Positions 1 to 9,589 are shown, counted from the stretch's first letter. The stretch is 64,000 nt of DNA from an uncultured Hyphomonadaceae bacterium (GCA_938084575.1 CALKFG010000006.1:225579-289578); one strand, 5' to 3'. Notes: generated from the letters alone by a model not told the origin. Made by a program: numbers and translations.

Positions 1-797
1 CTATGGCCTGTGGCGAATTCGGTCCCGGACGGTTGCCGGAGCTGACCCGCATCGCCGACGAGATCGAGGCCATGCTGGCGCATTCTGAAGGCGCCGGCCC
101 CCGGGGCGTCCCGGAGGCCATGGCCGGACGCCATGTCCTGATTACGGCCGGCCCGACCCGCGAACCGCTCGATCCGGTGCGGTTCCTGTCCAATCACTCG
201 TCCGGACGCCAGGGCTATGCCCTCGCCGCCGCCCTGGCGGATGCGGGCGCCCGTGTCACGCTGGTGTCAGGGCCTGTCTCCCAGACCGTTCCCGCCGGCG
301 TCGATCTGGTCCCGGTTGAAACGGCCCGCGACATGCTGGCGGCCTGTGAAGCCGCGCTGCCGGCAGACGTCTTTATCTCCGTGGCCGCCGTTGCCGACTG
401 GCGCCCGAGCCAGCCCGCCCCGCGGAAACTGAAGCTGAAGGGCGGGCAGGCCGCAGCCACGCCGACCCTCGACCTGTCGGAAAACCCGGACATTCTGGCG
501 ACGCTGGCGGGACTGAGGGCGCACCGCCCCGATCTGGTGATCGGCTTCGCGGCCGAAACCCATAATGTCGAGGCGCTGGCGATTGAGAAACGGCAGCGCA
601 AGAAGTGTGACTGGATGGTCGCCAATGATGTGTCCGGCGATGTCATGGGCGGACAGGACAATCAGGTCAGCCTGATCACCGATGCCGGTGTGGAAACCTG
701 GTCGCGCATGAGCAAGACCGACGTGGCCGCGCGGCTGGCGGGCCGGATCGCCGACCATTTCACCCGCGGCCGGTCTGGCAACCTCGCCGCCGAGTAG
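1..797 (+). CDS. coaBC: Bifunctional phosphopantothenoylcysteine decarboxylase / phosphopantothenate-cysteine ligase CoaBC, 3' portion (5' end cut by the window edge)
   Basis: ORF 3..797 is open to the window edge. CoaB-domain hallmarks: NHSSGRQGYALA, VTLVSGPV, AAVADWRP, KLKLKG. Confidence 0.9.
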   Translation, partial: MACGEFGPGRLPELTRIADEIEAMLAHSEGAGPRGVPEAMAGRHVLITAGPTREPLDPVRFLSNHSSGRQGYALAAALADAGARVTLVSGPVSQTVPAGVDLVPVETARDMLAACEAALPADVFISVAAVADWRPSQPAPRKLKLKGGQAAATPTLDLSENPDILATLAGLRAHRPDLVIGFAAETHNVEALAIEKRQRKKCDWMVANDVSGDVMGGQDNQVSLITDAGVETWSRMSKTDVAARLAGRIADHFTRGRSGNLAAE

Positions 798-836
798 CGG
801 CTTGACGCCGCTCGCCGACTCCGTACCTGTAGCGTC

Positions 837-1292
837 ATGACCGAAATTAAGATTTCCGTGCGGGTACTGCCGCATTTTGAGGGGCTGGACCTGCCGGCCT
901 ATGAGACGCTGGGTGCGGCCGGCATGGATGTCCGCGCCGCCGTTCCGGACGGGGCGCCGATGGTGCTGGCGCCGGGGGCGCGGGACATGGTGCCGACCGG
1001 GCTGAGCGTGGCCATACCGGAGGGATATGAGATCCAGATGCGGCCCCGGTCAGGGCTGGCCGCCAGGCATGGCGTGACCTGTCTCAACACGCCGGGGACC
1101 ATCGACAGCGATTATCGGGGCGAGTTGAAAGTCATCCTGATCAATCATGGTGATACGCCCTTCACCATCGGCCGGGGCGAACGTATTGGCCAGATGGTGC
1201 TGGCACCTGTGACCCGCATTGCCTGGCAGGCCGTTGATGCGCTGCCGGAAACCGCGCGCGGGTCCGGTGGCTTTGGGAGTACCGGCCGCTAA
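837..1292 (+). CDS. dut: dUTP diphosphatase
   Basis: 151 aa. dUTPase motifs [24 protein letters not shown] and C-terminal [10 protein letters not shown]. Confidence 0.95.
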   Translation: MTEIKISVRVLPHFEGLDLPAYETLGAAGMDVRAAVPDGAPMVLAPGARDMVPTGLSVAIPEGYEIQMRPRSGLAARHGVTCLNTPGTIDSDYRGELKVILINHGDTPFTIGRGERIGQMVLAPVTRIAWQAVDALPETARGSGGFGSTGR

Positions 1293-1322
1293 GCCTTGTC
1301 GGCCGGGCAATCTTATCCTACA

Positions 1323-1337
1323 TATTGATTATCAATA
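1323..1337. promoter_or_regulatory. Perfect AT-rich palindrome TATTGAT-T-ATCAATA, candidate operator
   Basis: 7+7 bp inverted repeat with a 1-nt spacer. It abuts the AAGGAG Shine-Dalgarno of the 1357..1596 ORF and stands out in a GC-rich genome. Confidence 0.35.
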
Positions 1338-1356
1338 AGGAGAAAGGTCCGGCCCG

Positions 1357-1596
1357 ATGGGTATCAATAGTCCGTTCACAATGGTTGTCCTGATCGTGCT
1401 GATTACGGTGGGCGCCCGCGTCATCTCGACCTGGATCAAAAGCCGTCCGGCTGCCGGCGATGACGCCGAGACACGCGGCCAGCTTGCCAGCCTGCATCAG
1501 GACGTCGCCCGGCTGACCGAACGGGTGCGGGTGCTCGAAAAGATTACAACCGACGGAGAGGCCCGGCTGCGCGACGAAATCAGCCGGCTGAGCTGA
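1357..1596 (+). CDS. Small membrane protein (one N-terminal TM helix plus a coiled-coil tail; PspB-like layout)
   Basis: 79 aa. TM segment FTMVVLIVLITVGARVISTWI is followed by a heptad-like LASLHQDVARLTERVRVLEKI. No pspA or pspC nearby. Confidence 0.55.
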   Translation: MGINSPFTMVVLIVLITVGARVISTWIKSRPAAGDDAETRGQLASLHQDVARLTERVRVLEKITTDGEARLRDEISRLS

Positions 1597-1611
1597 CCGG
1601 GTCGCCCCGGT
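1596..1611. terminator. Short GC hairpin ACCGGG-tcgc-CCCGGT filling the gap between convergent stop codons
   Basis: 6-bp stem and 4-nt loop, located exactly between the stop of 1357..1596 and the stop of cysK. No U-run. Confidence 0.3.
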
Positions 1612-2598
1612 TCAGAGGCCTTCGAACAGCGCGGTCGAAAGATAACGCTCGGCGAAGGATGGAATGATCGTCACCAGGGTCTTGCCTTCCATGTCGGGCC
1701 GGCGCGCGGCTTTCAGGGCAGCCGCCACGGCCGCCCCTGAGGAGATACCGATCGGGATACCTTCCAGCCGGGCCAGGCGGCGCGCCGTGTCGAAGGCGTC
1801 CTGATTGCTGACCTGAATGGCGGCATCCATGAGCCCGGTGTCCATATTGCCGGGCACAATGCCGGCACCGATTCCCTGGATCATGTGCGGACCGGGTTCA
1901 CCGCCCGACAGAACGGGGCTGTCTTCCGGTTCGACGGCAAACATCTTCAGGCCCGGCTTGAGGGCCTTGAGGGCGCGGGCACAGCCACTGAACGTCCCGC
2001 CCGTGCCAATGCCGGCGACCACGGCGTCGACCTTGCCGTCAGTATCGACCCAGATTTCCTGCGCGGTCGTGGCTTCGTGGATGGCCGGGTTTGCGGGATT
2101 GTCAAACTGGCCCGGCATGACCGCCCCCGGCGTCGAGGCGACAAGCTCTGCCGCCTTGTCGAGCGTGGCCTGCAGGCCACCCTCCTTGGGCGTGAGGTGC
2201 AGTTCTGCCCCCAGCAGGGCAAACATCTTGCGGCGCTCGATCGACATGGATTCCGGCATGGTCAGGATCAGCCTGTAGCCCCGCGACGCGGCAACGAAGG
2301 CCAGCCCGATGCCCGTATTTCCCGAGGTCGGCTCAACCAGCGTGGTTTCTCCGGGGGTGATCTTTCCCTGCTGCTCCAGCGCCGTAATCATGCCGATGGC
2401 GATCCGGTCCTTGACGCTGGCCAGGGGATTGAAGAATTCCAGCTTCAGCAAAAGGTCGGCCTTGAGTCCTTCCTCTTCCGACAGTTTCGGAACACGGACC
2501 AGCGGGGTGTTGCCGAGGGTTTCCAGTATCGAGCCATAGATCCGGCCCCGCCCGGGCGCGTCAAGCGTTACACCTTGATATGAAATGGTCTGAGTCAT
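1612..2598 (-). CDS. cysK: Cysteine synthase A (O-acetylserine sulfhydrylase)
   Basis: 328 aa. PLP-lysine motif SVKDR and GIGTGGTFSG loop. Confidence 0.9.
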   Translation of the reverse strand: MTQTISYQGVTLDAPGRGRIYGSILETLGNTPLVRVPKLSEEEGLKADLLLKLEFFNPLASVKDRIAIGMITALEQQGKITPGETTLVEPTSGNTGIGLAFVAASRGYRLILTMPESMSIERRKMFALLGAELHLTPKEGGLQATLDKAAELVASTPGAVMPGQFDNPANPAIHEATTAQEIWVDTDGKVDAVVAGIGTGGTFSGCARALKALKPGLKMFAVEPEDSPVLSGGEPGPHMIQGIGAGIVPGNMDTGLMDAAIQVSNQDAFDTARRLARLEGIPIGISSGAAVAAALKAARRPDMEGKTLVTIIPSFAERYLSTALFEGL

Positions 2599-2621
2599 TG
2601 TCTGGATTCTCCGTTAAACCT

Positions 2622-2888
2622 CTAGTCGCGATGCTTGTGGCGGTCGCCTTCAAACGCCAGGCCGATTCGATGGGCGGCGAGGGCAGACACGCCGAACCCG
2701 ACCAGGCCGATCACGCCGGTATGGAACAGCGCGTCATAGACAAGTCCCGCGTCGCACCCGGCATGGCAGGGGCCGAAACTCAACTGGTATCCGCCATACA
2801 GGCCGGCCAGGGCGCTCAGGACCGAGGCGGCCGCGGAGACCCGCGCCACCGCTTTCAGCAGACCTGCAATCATTGCTGCCCCCCCCAT
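2622..2888 (-). CDS. Hypothetical small membrane protein with a CHAGC motif
   Basis: 88 aa with two predicted hydrophobic helices. It starts 7 nt after the stop of the upstream helicase gene on the same strand. Confidence 0.5.
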   Translation of the reverse strand: MGGAAMIAGLLKAVARVSAAASVLSALAGLYGGYQLSFGPCHAGCDAGLVYDALFHTGVIGLVGFGVSALAAHRIGLAFEGDRHKHRD

Positions 2889-2894
2889 GATGCC

Positions 2895-4256
2895 TCAGAC
2901 CAGCGCGGTGTCGGGCCGGGCGAACCGGGCCAGAAGATAGGCCGGCGTGTCTTCCACGGTTTCCAGCTTGCCAAAGGCAAAGGCGTTGCGGTCCAGAACC
3001 AGGTCCCGTGGACGCAGGGTGCGGGAAATTTCCAGCCCCTGCAAGTCGCGGGCGCGCGAAAAGGCGACATAGGCCTGACCATGGGCAAACATGCCCCTGT
3101 CCAGGTCGATATAGACCTTGTCGAGCGTCAGTCCCTGCGCCTTGTGAATGGTCACGGCATAGGCCAGCCGGAGGGGCACCTGTTTGAAGGTGCCGACCAC
3201 TTCGCGGGAGACTTTCCTGGTTTCCGGGTCGAGATTATATCGGTATTTTTCCCAGGCCGCCGGCTCGATCTCGTAAACATGCCCGTTCAGGGCGACGATG
3301 ACGCTGGCCCCGTTAAAGCCTTCGACCGTGGCCAGAGAACCATTCACCCAGCGGCCTTCCGGATCATTTTTGATCAGCATGACCCGGGCTCCGATTTTCA
3401 GCTCCAGATCGGCCTCGGTTGGATAGGATTTTTCATCAAACGTGCCGTGCACCCGGGCCTCGAAGACTTTCTGTCGTCCGCCCAGCTCGTCGAGCCGGGC
3501 CTGGTTGATGCGATAGGCATTGGCATTGTTCGGGGTCAGCACGACATGGGTTTCGCTGGCCGTAATGGCGTCGCGCCCGGACACAAGGTCGGCCAGCAGG
3601 GCCTCGTCAGGCGGGGTCAGGCGTCCCTGTCGCATGGCGCCGAGAAGGGCAAGGAAACGGGGTTCCGCCTGACGAAAGACATGTTTCAGGGCGAGCAGGG
3701 CAAATTCGCCCTCCTGAAAGGCCGGGGCGTTGAAGAAATACGGCCCGCCATAGCGCTCTGCCAGGATCTCCGTTTCGTCACCCCGCACCACGGGCGGCAA
3801 CTGGTGCAGGTCGCCCGACAGGATCATCCGCATGCCGCCAAAGGGGCGCTTTGAGCCCCGGTTGAGCTTCAGCGCGCGATCAATCGCGTCCATCATGTCG
3901 GCCCGGACCATGGAAATTTCGTCGATGATGAGGGTCTCGGCGGCTTTCATCAGCCGGGCCGTCCGCAGGCGCTTGGCATCCTGTGGTTCAATCAGGCGGG
4001 GCGGGAATTTGAAAAAGGAATGCAGGGTCTGGCCGCCGGCATTCATCGCGGCCACGCCCGTTGGCGCCAGCACAATTGCGGTCTCGCCGGCCTCCGCCAT
4101 GAACCGGCGCAGCAGGGTGGTCTTGCCGGTCCCGGCCCGGCCGGTCAGGAACAGGTTGCCCTGCGCGCCGGCCCCCCGGGCGACCCATTCGGCAGGCTGC
4201 GCATAGACCGAGGCGGGTGTCGGATCGGTTGCGGGAATCGGCAGGTCAGAAGCCAT
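2895..4256 (-). CDS. Pif1-family (SF1B) ATP-dependent DNA helicase
   Basis: 453 aa. Walker A GRAGTGKTTLL, DEISMV, Pif1 signature-like DAIDRALKLNRGSKRPFGGMRMILSGDLHQLPPV, motif VI TIHKAQGLTLD. Confidence 0.85.
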   Translation of the reverse strand: MASDLPIPATDPTPASVYAQPAEWVARGAGAQGNLFLTGRAGTGKTTLLRRFMAEAGETAIVLAPTGVAAMNAGGQTLHSFFKFPPRLIEPQDAKRLRTARLMKAAETLIIDEISMVRADMMDAIDRALKLNRGSKRPFGGMRMILSGDLHQLPPVVRGDETEILAERYGGPYFFNAPAFQEGEFALLALKHVFRQAEPRFLALLGAMRQGRLTPPDEALLADLVSGRDAITASETHVVLTPNNANAYRINQARLDELGGRQKVFEARVHGTFDEKSYPTEADLELKIGARVMLIKNDPEGRWVNGSLATVEGFNGASVIVALNGHVYEIEPAAWEKYRYNLDPETRKVSREVVGTFKQVPLRLAYAVTIHKAQGLTLDKVYIDLDRGMFAHGQAYVAFSRARDLQGLEISRTLRPRDLVLDRNAFAFGKLETVEDTPAYLLARFARPDTALV

Positions 4257-4365
4257 GTCTGACCCTAGCGGGCTTTGTTGGCAGAAGCGAGGATTTCACA
4301 CGCGACCGGCGGCCGCGCGCCCCAATCGTCTCGCCAAGCCCGGCAAGACAGGGTACACAGCGGCG

Positions 4366-5106
4366 ATGTCTGCGATCAAGCCCGATCTGGAGCGCCACAA
4401 GCGCCATATACTGCTCAAGGAAATTGGCGGCCCGGGCGTTGGCAGGCTGGCGGCCGCGTCGGTCTCGATTGTCGGGGCCGGCGCCCTGGGCGGCCCTTGC
4501 GCGGTGTATCTGGCCGCCGCCGGTGTCGGGCATATCGAAGTGTGGGACGATGACCGGGTCGAGCTGTCCAATCTGCAGAGGCAGGTGCAGTTTGACGAGG
4601 CCGATATTGGCCGGCTCAAGGTCGAGGCCCTGGCGGGCCGGCTGCGGGCGATGAATTCGTCCATCCGGGTCGACGCCATGGCGAGCCGGGTTGATGCGGA
4701 GACGCCGGTCTGCGGGCAGATCCTGATCGATGCCACAGATTCCTATGACAGCCGCTTCGGCCTGAACCGGCTGGCGCATCGCAGCCGGCGGCCATTGGTC
4801 TCGGGCGCGGCGTCGCGCTGGTCCGGCCAGCTCGCGGTGTTCGCCTCCGGCCCGCAGCCCGGCGCGCCCTGTTATCAATGCCTGGTCCCGGAGCATCCGC
4901 CCGCGGCTGAGGCCTGTGACGATGTCGGGGTTGTCGGCGCCCTGACCGGCCAGGTCGGCACCGGCATGGCCCTGGAGACCGTGAAGCTGATCACCGGGGC
5001 CGGTCAGCCTCTGACGGGGCGCCTGCAGATCTTTGACGCGCTCGGCGGTATGATCCGGACGATCAAACTGCGTTGCGATTCCCAGTGCCCGGTCTGTCAG
5101 GCCTGA
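4366..5106 (+). CDS. ThiF/MoeB/HesA-family E1-like adenylyltransferase (probable MoeB)
   Basis: Rossmann GAGALGG, LSNLQRQ, and two CxxC pairs (CYQC, CPVC). Start taken at ATG 4366 (MSAIKPDLERHKRH...) rather than the ORF-track start at 4255. Confidence 0.8.
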   Translation: MSAIKPDLERHKRHILLKEIGGPGVGRLAAASVSIVGAGALGGPCAVYLAAAGVGHIEVWDDDRVELSNLQRQVQFDEADIGRLKVEALAGRLRAMNSSIRVDAMASRVDAETPVCGQILIDATDSYDSRFGLNRLAHRSRRPLVSGAASRWSGQLAVFASGPQPGAPCYQCLVPEHPPAAEACDDVGVVGALTGQVGTGMALETVKLITGAGQPLTGRLQIFDALGGMIRTIKLRCDSQCPVCQA

Positions 5107-5123
5107 AACTTTTCTTTGACAGG

Positions 5124-5159
5124 CCCGCCATAAGACGGTTTGTCGGCGGCGGGGTTTTT
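5124..5159 (+). terminator. Possible rho-independent terminator after the MoeB-like gene
   Basis: CCCGCC ... GGCGGG stem with a large loop, followed by GTTTTT. Confidence 0.4.
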
Positions 5160-5176
5160 GAGGAGACCGGGACGTC

Positions 5177-6199
5177 ATGTGGCGCACAGGCTTTGCATTA
5201 CTGCTCACTCTTGTAACCATCCTGGCCGCCGGCTGGCTGGTCATGCGGCGGGGCGATATCCCGTTTGACGCCCTGGAACTGGCCTATGCCCTGCCGGAGT
5301 CGGAATTCGTCACCCTCGATGACACGCTGAAAATCCATTACACCGATACCGGGCCGCGGGATCATCCGACGGTTGTCCTGGTGCATGGATTCGCAGCCTC
5401 GCTGCACACCTGGGGCGCCTGGAAAGACGCCCTGCAGGAAGATTTTCGTGTCGTCACGCTGGACCTTCCCGGTCATGGGCTGAGCCGGGCGGAACCGGCC
5501 GACGCCGTCACCATTCAACGGTTTTCTGACGTCGTCCTCGCCGTCGCTGACAGGCTGGACATTTCCAGCTTTACGCTGGTGGGCAGCTCCATGGGCGGCG
5601 CGGTGGCCTGGACCACGGCTCTGAACGCGCCGGACCGTATTGACGGGCTGGTTCTGATCGCCGCGTCGGGCTGGGCCAGCACGGAAGCCAATCCGCGGCG
5701 GCCGCTGGCCTTCAAGCTGCTGGACCATGCCCTGGTGCGGGCCCTGGTCAAGGATCTCGACATGTCGGTGATGGTCGAGGATGCGCTGCGGCAGTCCTAT
5801 GTCGATCCGACTTTCGTCACCGACGATCTGGTGCAGCGCTACAGCTCCCTGAACCGGGCCCCCGGGCACCGGGCCACCCTGACCCGGCTGATCGCGCGGC
5901 AGGGGCCGTATGCCAGCCGCGACGCGCTGGCCATGATCGACAAGCCAACTCTGGTGCTGTGGGGCCGGGAAGACAATGTTGTCCCGGTCCGGAACGCTGA
6001 GAAGTTCAAGGCCGCGATCCCGCAGGCCGAGCTTGTGATCTATGATCAGGTGGGTCATCTGCCCCATGAAGAGGTGGCTGAGACGACGATTCAGGACATG
6101 CGCGAATTCATGCTGACGGTCGAGCTGCAGGCGCTGGATGAGCAATTTATCGAAGCCGCTGGCGACCCGCGGCTTGATGATATGCGGTCGCGTCCCTGA
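5177..6199 (+). CDS. Alpha/beta-fold hydrolase with an N-terminal membrane anchor
   Basis: 340 aa. VVLVHGF oxyanion region, nucleophile elbow GSSMGG, C-terminal GHLPHEE. Confidence 0.8.
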   Translation: MWRTGFALLLTLVTILAAGWLVMRRGDIPFDALELAYALPESEFVTLDDTLKIHYTDTGPRDHPTVVLVHGFAASLHTWGAWKDALQEDFRVVTLDLPGHGLSRAEPADAVTIQRFSDVVLAVADRLDISSFTLVGSSMGGAVAWTTALNAPDRIDGLVLIAASGWASTEANPRRPLAFKLLDHALVRALVKDLDMSVMVEDALRQSYVDPTFVTDDLVQRYSSLNRAPGHRATLTRLIARQGPYASRDALAMIDKPTLVLWGREDNVVPVRNAEKFKAAIPQAELVIYDQVGHLPHEEVAETTIQDMREFMLTVELQALDEQFIEAAGDPRLDDMRSRP

Positions 6200-6337
6200 C
6201 GGAAGATCAGCCGGCTTGACCGGGGGCCTTCAACGGGGGGGCAAATGGCGCGCGGAGTCCGCGCCGGAGCCGGTCGGATGCCGGCTGTCTTCCGCGACCA
6301 TTCCGGACGTCTGGGCGGGATAGATCGGGGCGAATCC

Positions 6338-6811
6338 TCAGGCCGCGTCAACGGCTATACTGCGGATACATAGCAGGTCACGCTGGGCCTCTGCGGTCTC
6401 GGCAGTGCGCAAGGCAGCGCGCAGTTCTGCACTGCGAAAGGCCCGGCTGACCTGGGCCAGGGCCCGCAAATGATCGGCGCCGGAACTGTGCGGGGCCAGC
6501 AGCATGAAAATCAGATCGCAGTCGCGTCCGTCAATGGCGTCGAAATCGACCCCATTTTCCAGCCGCACAAAGGCGCCGATCGGCGCGTCGAGGGCCGTGA
6601 TCCGGGCATGCGGAATGGCGACGCCTTCTCCAACACCGGTCGAGCCGAGATTTTCGCGTTCCAGAACAGCATCGAGAATATCGCGGCCATCAATATCAAG
6701 TGCGTGGCCGAGCGCGTCTGCGAGCTGGCTTAAGACCTGCTTCCGGCTGCTTGCCGAGGACACGGCCAGAATGAGGCCGTCCTTCAGGAGAGGGGAGAGA
6801 TCATGCGCCAT
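6338..6811 (-). CDS. ptsN: PTS IIA-like nitrogen regulatory protein (EIIA-Ntr)
   Basis: Phospho-His motif GEGVAIPHARI. It directly follows hpf. Start taken at ATG 6811 (MAHDLSPLLK) rather than the ORF-track start at 6880. Confidence 0.85.
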   Translation of the reverse strand: MAHDLSPLLKDGLILAVSSASSRKQVLSQLADALGHALDIDGRDILDAVLERENLGSTGVGEGVAIPHARITALDAPIGAFVRLENGVDFDAIDGRDCDLIFMLLAPHSSGADHLRALAQVSRAFRSAELRAALRTAETAEAQRDLLCIRSIAVDAA

Positions 6812-6830
6812 TACAAACGGACCTGCAGGT

Positions 6831-7409
6831 TTACGAGATGTCCGGAAGTCCGACCGGGTCGACCCAGCCAATATTTCCATCCTCGCGACGGTACACCATA
6901 TTCAGGCCGCTGTGTTTCACATTTCGGAACAAAACGGCAGGGGTTTCTGACAGCTCCAGCTGCATTACGGCTTCTGAAACCGACATGGTTTTCACATCTG
7001 CAGCAGTTTCTGCAACAATAACAGGGGCATCGCCCGAGTCATCGGGATTCGACTCGTCGGAGCTACCCTGAATGATGAAGGCCGCCGCAGGCTCGCTGGG
7101 CAGGGGGGTTCGCTTGTGGTGGTCTTTCAGTCGCCGATGGTAGCGTCGCACCCGCTTTTCCATTTTGGTCAGCGCGTCGTCCAGAGCGCCATAGGCTTCG
7201 TTGCCCGCTCCGGTGGACTGAAGGACGATGCCCGATGGGAGGTGAGCATTGCAGTCCACGATCACTTCATGACCGCGTTTCTCGACGGTGACGGTGCCGT
7301 CAAAGTCCCGGTCAAAATATTTGGTCACGGCCGCATCCAGTCCGTCTGTGATCCGCTGGTGTAGGGTTTCGCCAATCTGCATGTGGCGTCCTGCGATCTG
7401 TATGGTCAT
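6831..7409 (-). CDS. hpf: Ribosome hibernation promoting factor, long form
   Basis: 192 aa. N-terminal RaiA/HPF fold (MTIQIAGRHMQIGETLHQRI...) plus a C-terminal dimerisation-type domain. Confidence 0.9.
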   Translation of the reverse strand: MTIQIAGRHMQIGETLHQRITDGLDAAVTKYFDRDFDGTVTVEKRGHEVIVDCNAHLPSGIVLQSTGAGNEAYGALDDALTKMEKRVRRYHRRLKDHHKRTPLPSEPAAAFIIQGSSDESNPDDSGDAPVIVAETAADVKTMSVSEAVMQLELSETPAVLFRNVKHSGLNMVYRREDGNIGWVDPVGLPDIS

Positions 7410-7536
7410 ACAGTTCTCCGCTGTTGTGCGCCTCTTTATACCGCGCCGGGCGACAGAGGCGAAGGGCTAATAACTGTATGAACGCCTTTTCACACTTTGT
7501 CGAAACCTCCCGCGCCGGCCGCGTGCGGTCATCGGA

Positions 7537-8364
7537 TCAGTCGCGTAACAGCTCATTGATCCCGGTTTTCGACCGGGTCTGAGCATCAACGGTTTTCACG
7601 ATGACGGCACAGGCCAGTGACGGGCCGCCCTTGGGGTCGGGAAGCGTTCCGGGAACCACGACGGAATAGGGCGGGATCCGTCCATAGCTGACCGCGCCGG
7701 TGGCCCGGTCAACAATCTTGGTCGACTGGGTGATGAAGACGCCCATGGCAATCACCGATCCTTCGCCGACCACGACTCCTTCGACAACTTCAGAACGGGC
7801 GCCGATGAAACAATTATCTTCAATAATGGTCGGATTGGCCTGCAGGGGTTCCAGAACGCCTCCAATCCCGGTGCCCGCCGAAATGTGGCAGTTTGCGCCG
7901 ATCTGGGCGCAGGACCCGATGGAGGCCCAAGTGTCGACCATCGTGCCTGATCCGACATAGGCACCGATATTGACGTAAGACGGCATCAGAACCGCGCCGG
8001 GCGCGATATAAGCGCCGCGCCTTACGGCGGCTGGGGGGACAGCCCGAAAGCCGGCCTTCTCGAAATCGGTTTGCGTCCAGCCGGCGAATTTCGAGGGCAC
8101 CTTGTCCCACCATCGGCCATCGCCCGGGCCATCCAGAATCAGGACGTTGTCATTCAGGCGAAAAGATAAAAGCACGGCCTTTTTCAGCCATTGATTGACC
8201 GTCCACGTCCCGTTCGGGCCGGGGTCTGCGACCCGGGCCTCCCCCGAATCAAGCAGAGCCAGAGCCGTATTCACAGCGTCGCGGATGTCGCCCGCCGTCG
8301 TCGTGTTCAGGGTCGTGCGGTCGTCCCAGGCCTGGTCAATCAGCGTGGCAAGGTGTTCGGTCAT
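7537..8364 (-). CDS. dapD: 2,3,4,5-tetrahydropyridine-2,6-dicarboxylate N-succinyltransferase
   Basis: Hexapeptide-repeat left-handed beta-helix region and a typical DapD N-terminus (LIDQAWDDR). Start at ATG 8364 is preferred over 8397. Confidence 0.85.
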   Translation of the reverse strand: MTEHLATLIDQAWDDRTTLNTTTAGDIRDAVNTALALLDSGEARVADPGPNGTWTVNQWLKKAVLLSFRLNDNVLILDGPGDGRWWDKVPSKFAGWTQTDFEKAGFRAVPPAAVRRGAYIAPGAVLMPSYVNIGAYVGSGTMVDTWASIGSCAQIGANCHISAGTGIGGVLEPLQANPTIIEDNCFIGARSEVVEGVVVGEGSVIAMGVFITQSTKIVDRATGAVSYGRIPPYSVVVPGTLPDPKGGPSLACAVIVKTVDAQTRSKTGINELLRD

Positions 8365-8536
8365 TTCAGCGTCTTCCATTGTCGGCGGCGGTTGCAATCG
8401 GGTCTGACGGAAACGGGTCAGACTGCCCGTCCCTTAGTCGATCTCCACCGGCAGGTCATCCCCCAGGACGGAAACAGGAACAGCGCCTCATCGCGCCGGA
8501 CTTTATATGGGGTCGCGTCCGGGCGGCAGGCTGTTC

Positions 8537-9589
8537 TCAGCCGGCCTCCTGGGATGGTGCAAAATCACGTTCAAAGAATTCGAACACGAGGCGCCGGTTT
8601 TCCGGTGGCGGCGTGGACACGAACAGGCCGGTCCGGTAGGCGGCGGTTTCACAACTGTCACGGCCGGTTATGGCAAATTTGGCCCGGGAAACACAGAACG
8701 GGGCCTGCCCGCGTTTCAGCAGCTGCACCTCACCATTGTCGCCTTCCATTTCCGCATAGGCAAACAGTTCCGCCTGTAACAGCGGCTCGTCGATGACGCG
8801 CGCACAGCCACCGGCGTCGAGAAGCCACCAGCCCCGGCTTTCCCAGCGCTCGCCGCGGCGGCGGGCCATGGCGCTCCAGATTCTCTTGTCTGTCCGGTTA
8901 CAAAAGGTCAGGCCGATATTTCGGGAGCGCTGGATGGCGGTCTGTTCCAAAATATCTACCAGGTCGGCATCATTCGTGTCCGCGCTGAGCCCTTTTTGGG
9001 TCAGAAAGTTCCCAATCGCAGCACGGGTTCGGCGTCCCAGAAAGCCGTCGATTCGGCCGGAATAAATTCCGGCATTGTCGAGCAGGCGCTGAACACCCGC
9101 GGCACTGGCCTGTTCCAGTGTCCAGGTCTCGGTCTCAGTGAAATTGGTTCGCCAGCGCGTGTCATCCTCGATCACGACGCCCTGGAAGTCGCGGGCTTCG
9201 AGGCCCATCAGGCGACAATCCGGCAGGCTTTCGATCGAGAAGCTGCCGGTCGGGTCGACGCAGAATTCCTGTGTTCCGTCCCAAAGCTTCCGTCCGCCGC
9301 GATGGGCCGGCGAGGATCGCCCAAACAGATAGTACTGGCCGGGAACCAAGGGGGCAGGCAAGGCCACCTCGCAGGTGCCGGGGCGCAGTCTCAGCCAGCC
9401 ATCGACAACCGATCCCGGATCTTCGTACCGGGCTGTTGCGGCCTCGATGATGTAGCTGGTCTGGTTGCAGAGTTCCCAGCCGCCGGGCTCTGCGTCATCC
9501 TGAGCATGGGAGGCGGTGAACCGCGGAAAGGCCAAGATGACCATCAGGCACAGGATCAGGGTCTTAGAAGACAATTGTGCCAGCACCAT
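8537..9589 (-). CDS. Secreted DUF1036 - peptidoglycan-binding - DUF1036 protein
   Basis: 350 aa with a signal peptide. Two CN(Q/R)T...GWW/GWL Cys-containing modules flank a PG_binding_1-like segment ([24 protein letters not shown]). Confidence 0.7.
   Translation of the reverse strand: MVLAQLSSKTLILCLMVILAFPRFTASHAQDDAEPGGWELCNQTSYIIEAATARYEDPGSVVDGWLRLRPGTCEVALPAPLVPGQYYLFGRSSPAHRGGRKLWDGTQEFCVDPTGSFSIESLPDCRLMGLEARDFQGVVIEDDTRWRTNFTETETWTLEQASAAGVQRLLDNAGIYSGRIDGFLGRRTRAAIGNFLTQKGLSADTNDADLVDILEQTAIQRSRNIGLTFCNRTDKRIWSAMARRRGERWESRGWWLLDAGGCARVIDEPLLQAELFAYAEMEGDNGEVQLLKRGQAPFCVSRAKFAITGRDSCETAAYRTGLFVSTPPPENRRLVFEFFERDFAPSQEAG

Noticed and set aside
2580-3854. 424-aa ORF on the plus strand
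   Set aside because: It lies entirely antisense to the well-supported Pif1 helicase gene. The product is Gly/Arg/Pro-rich with no recognisable motif, which is typical of a spurious antisense ORF in GC-rich DNA.
4255-4365. ORF-track N-terminal extension of the MoeB/ThiF-like gene, which would abut the helicase start codon
   Set aside because: The extension (MSDPSGLCWQKRGFHTRP...) is non-homologous and basic. The family-typical N-terminus begins at Met 4366.
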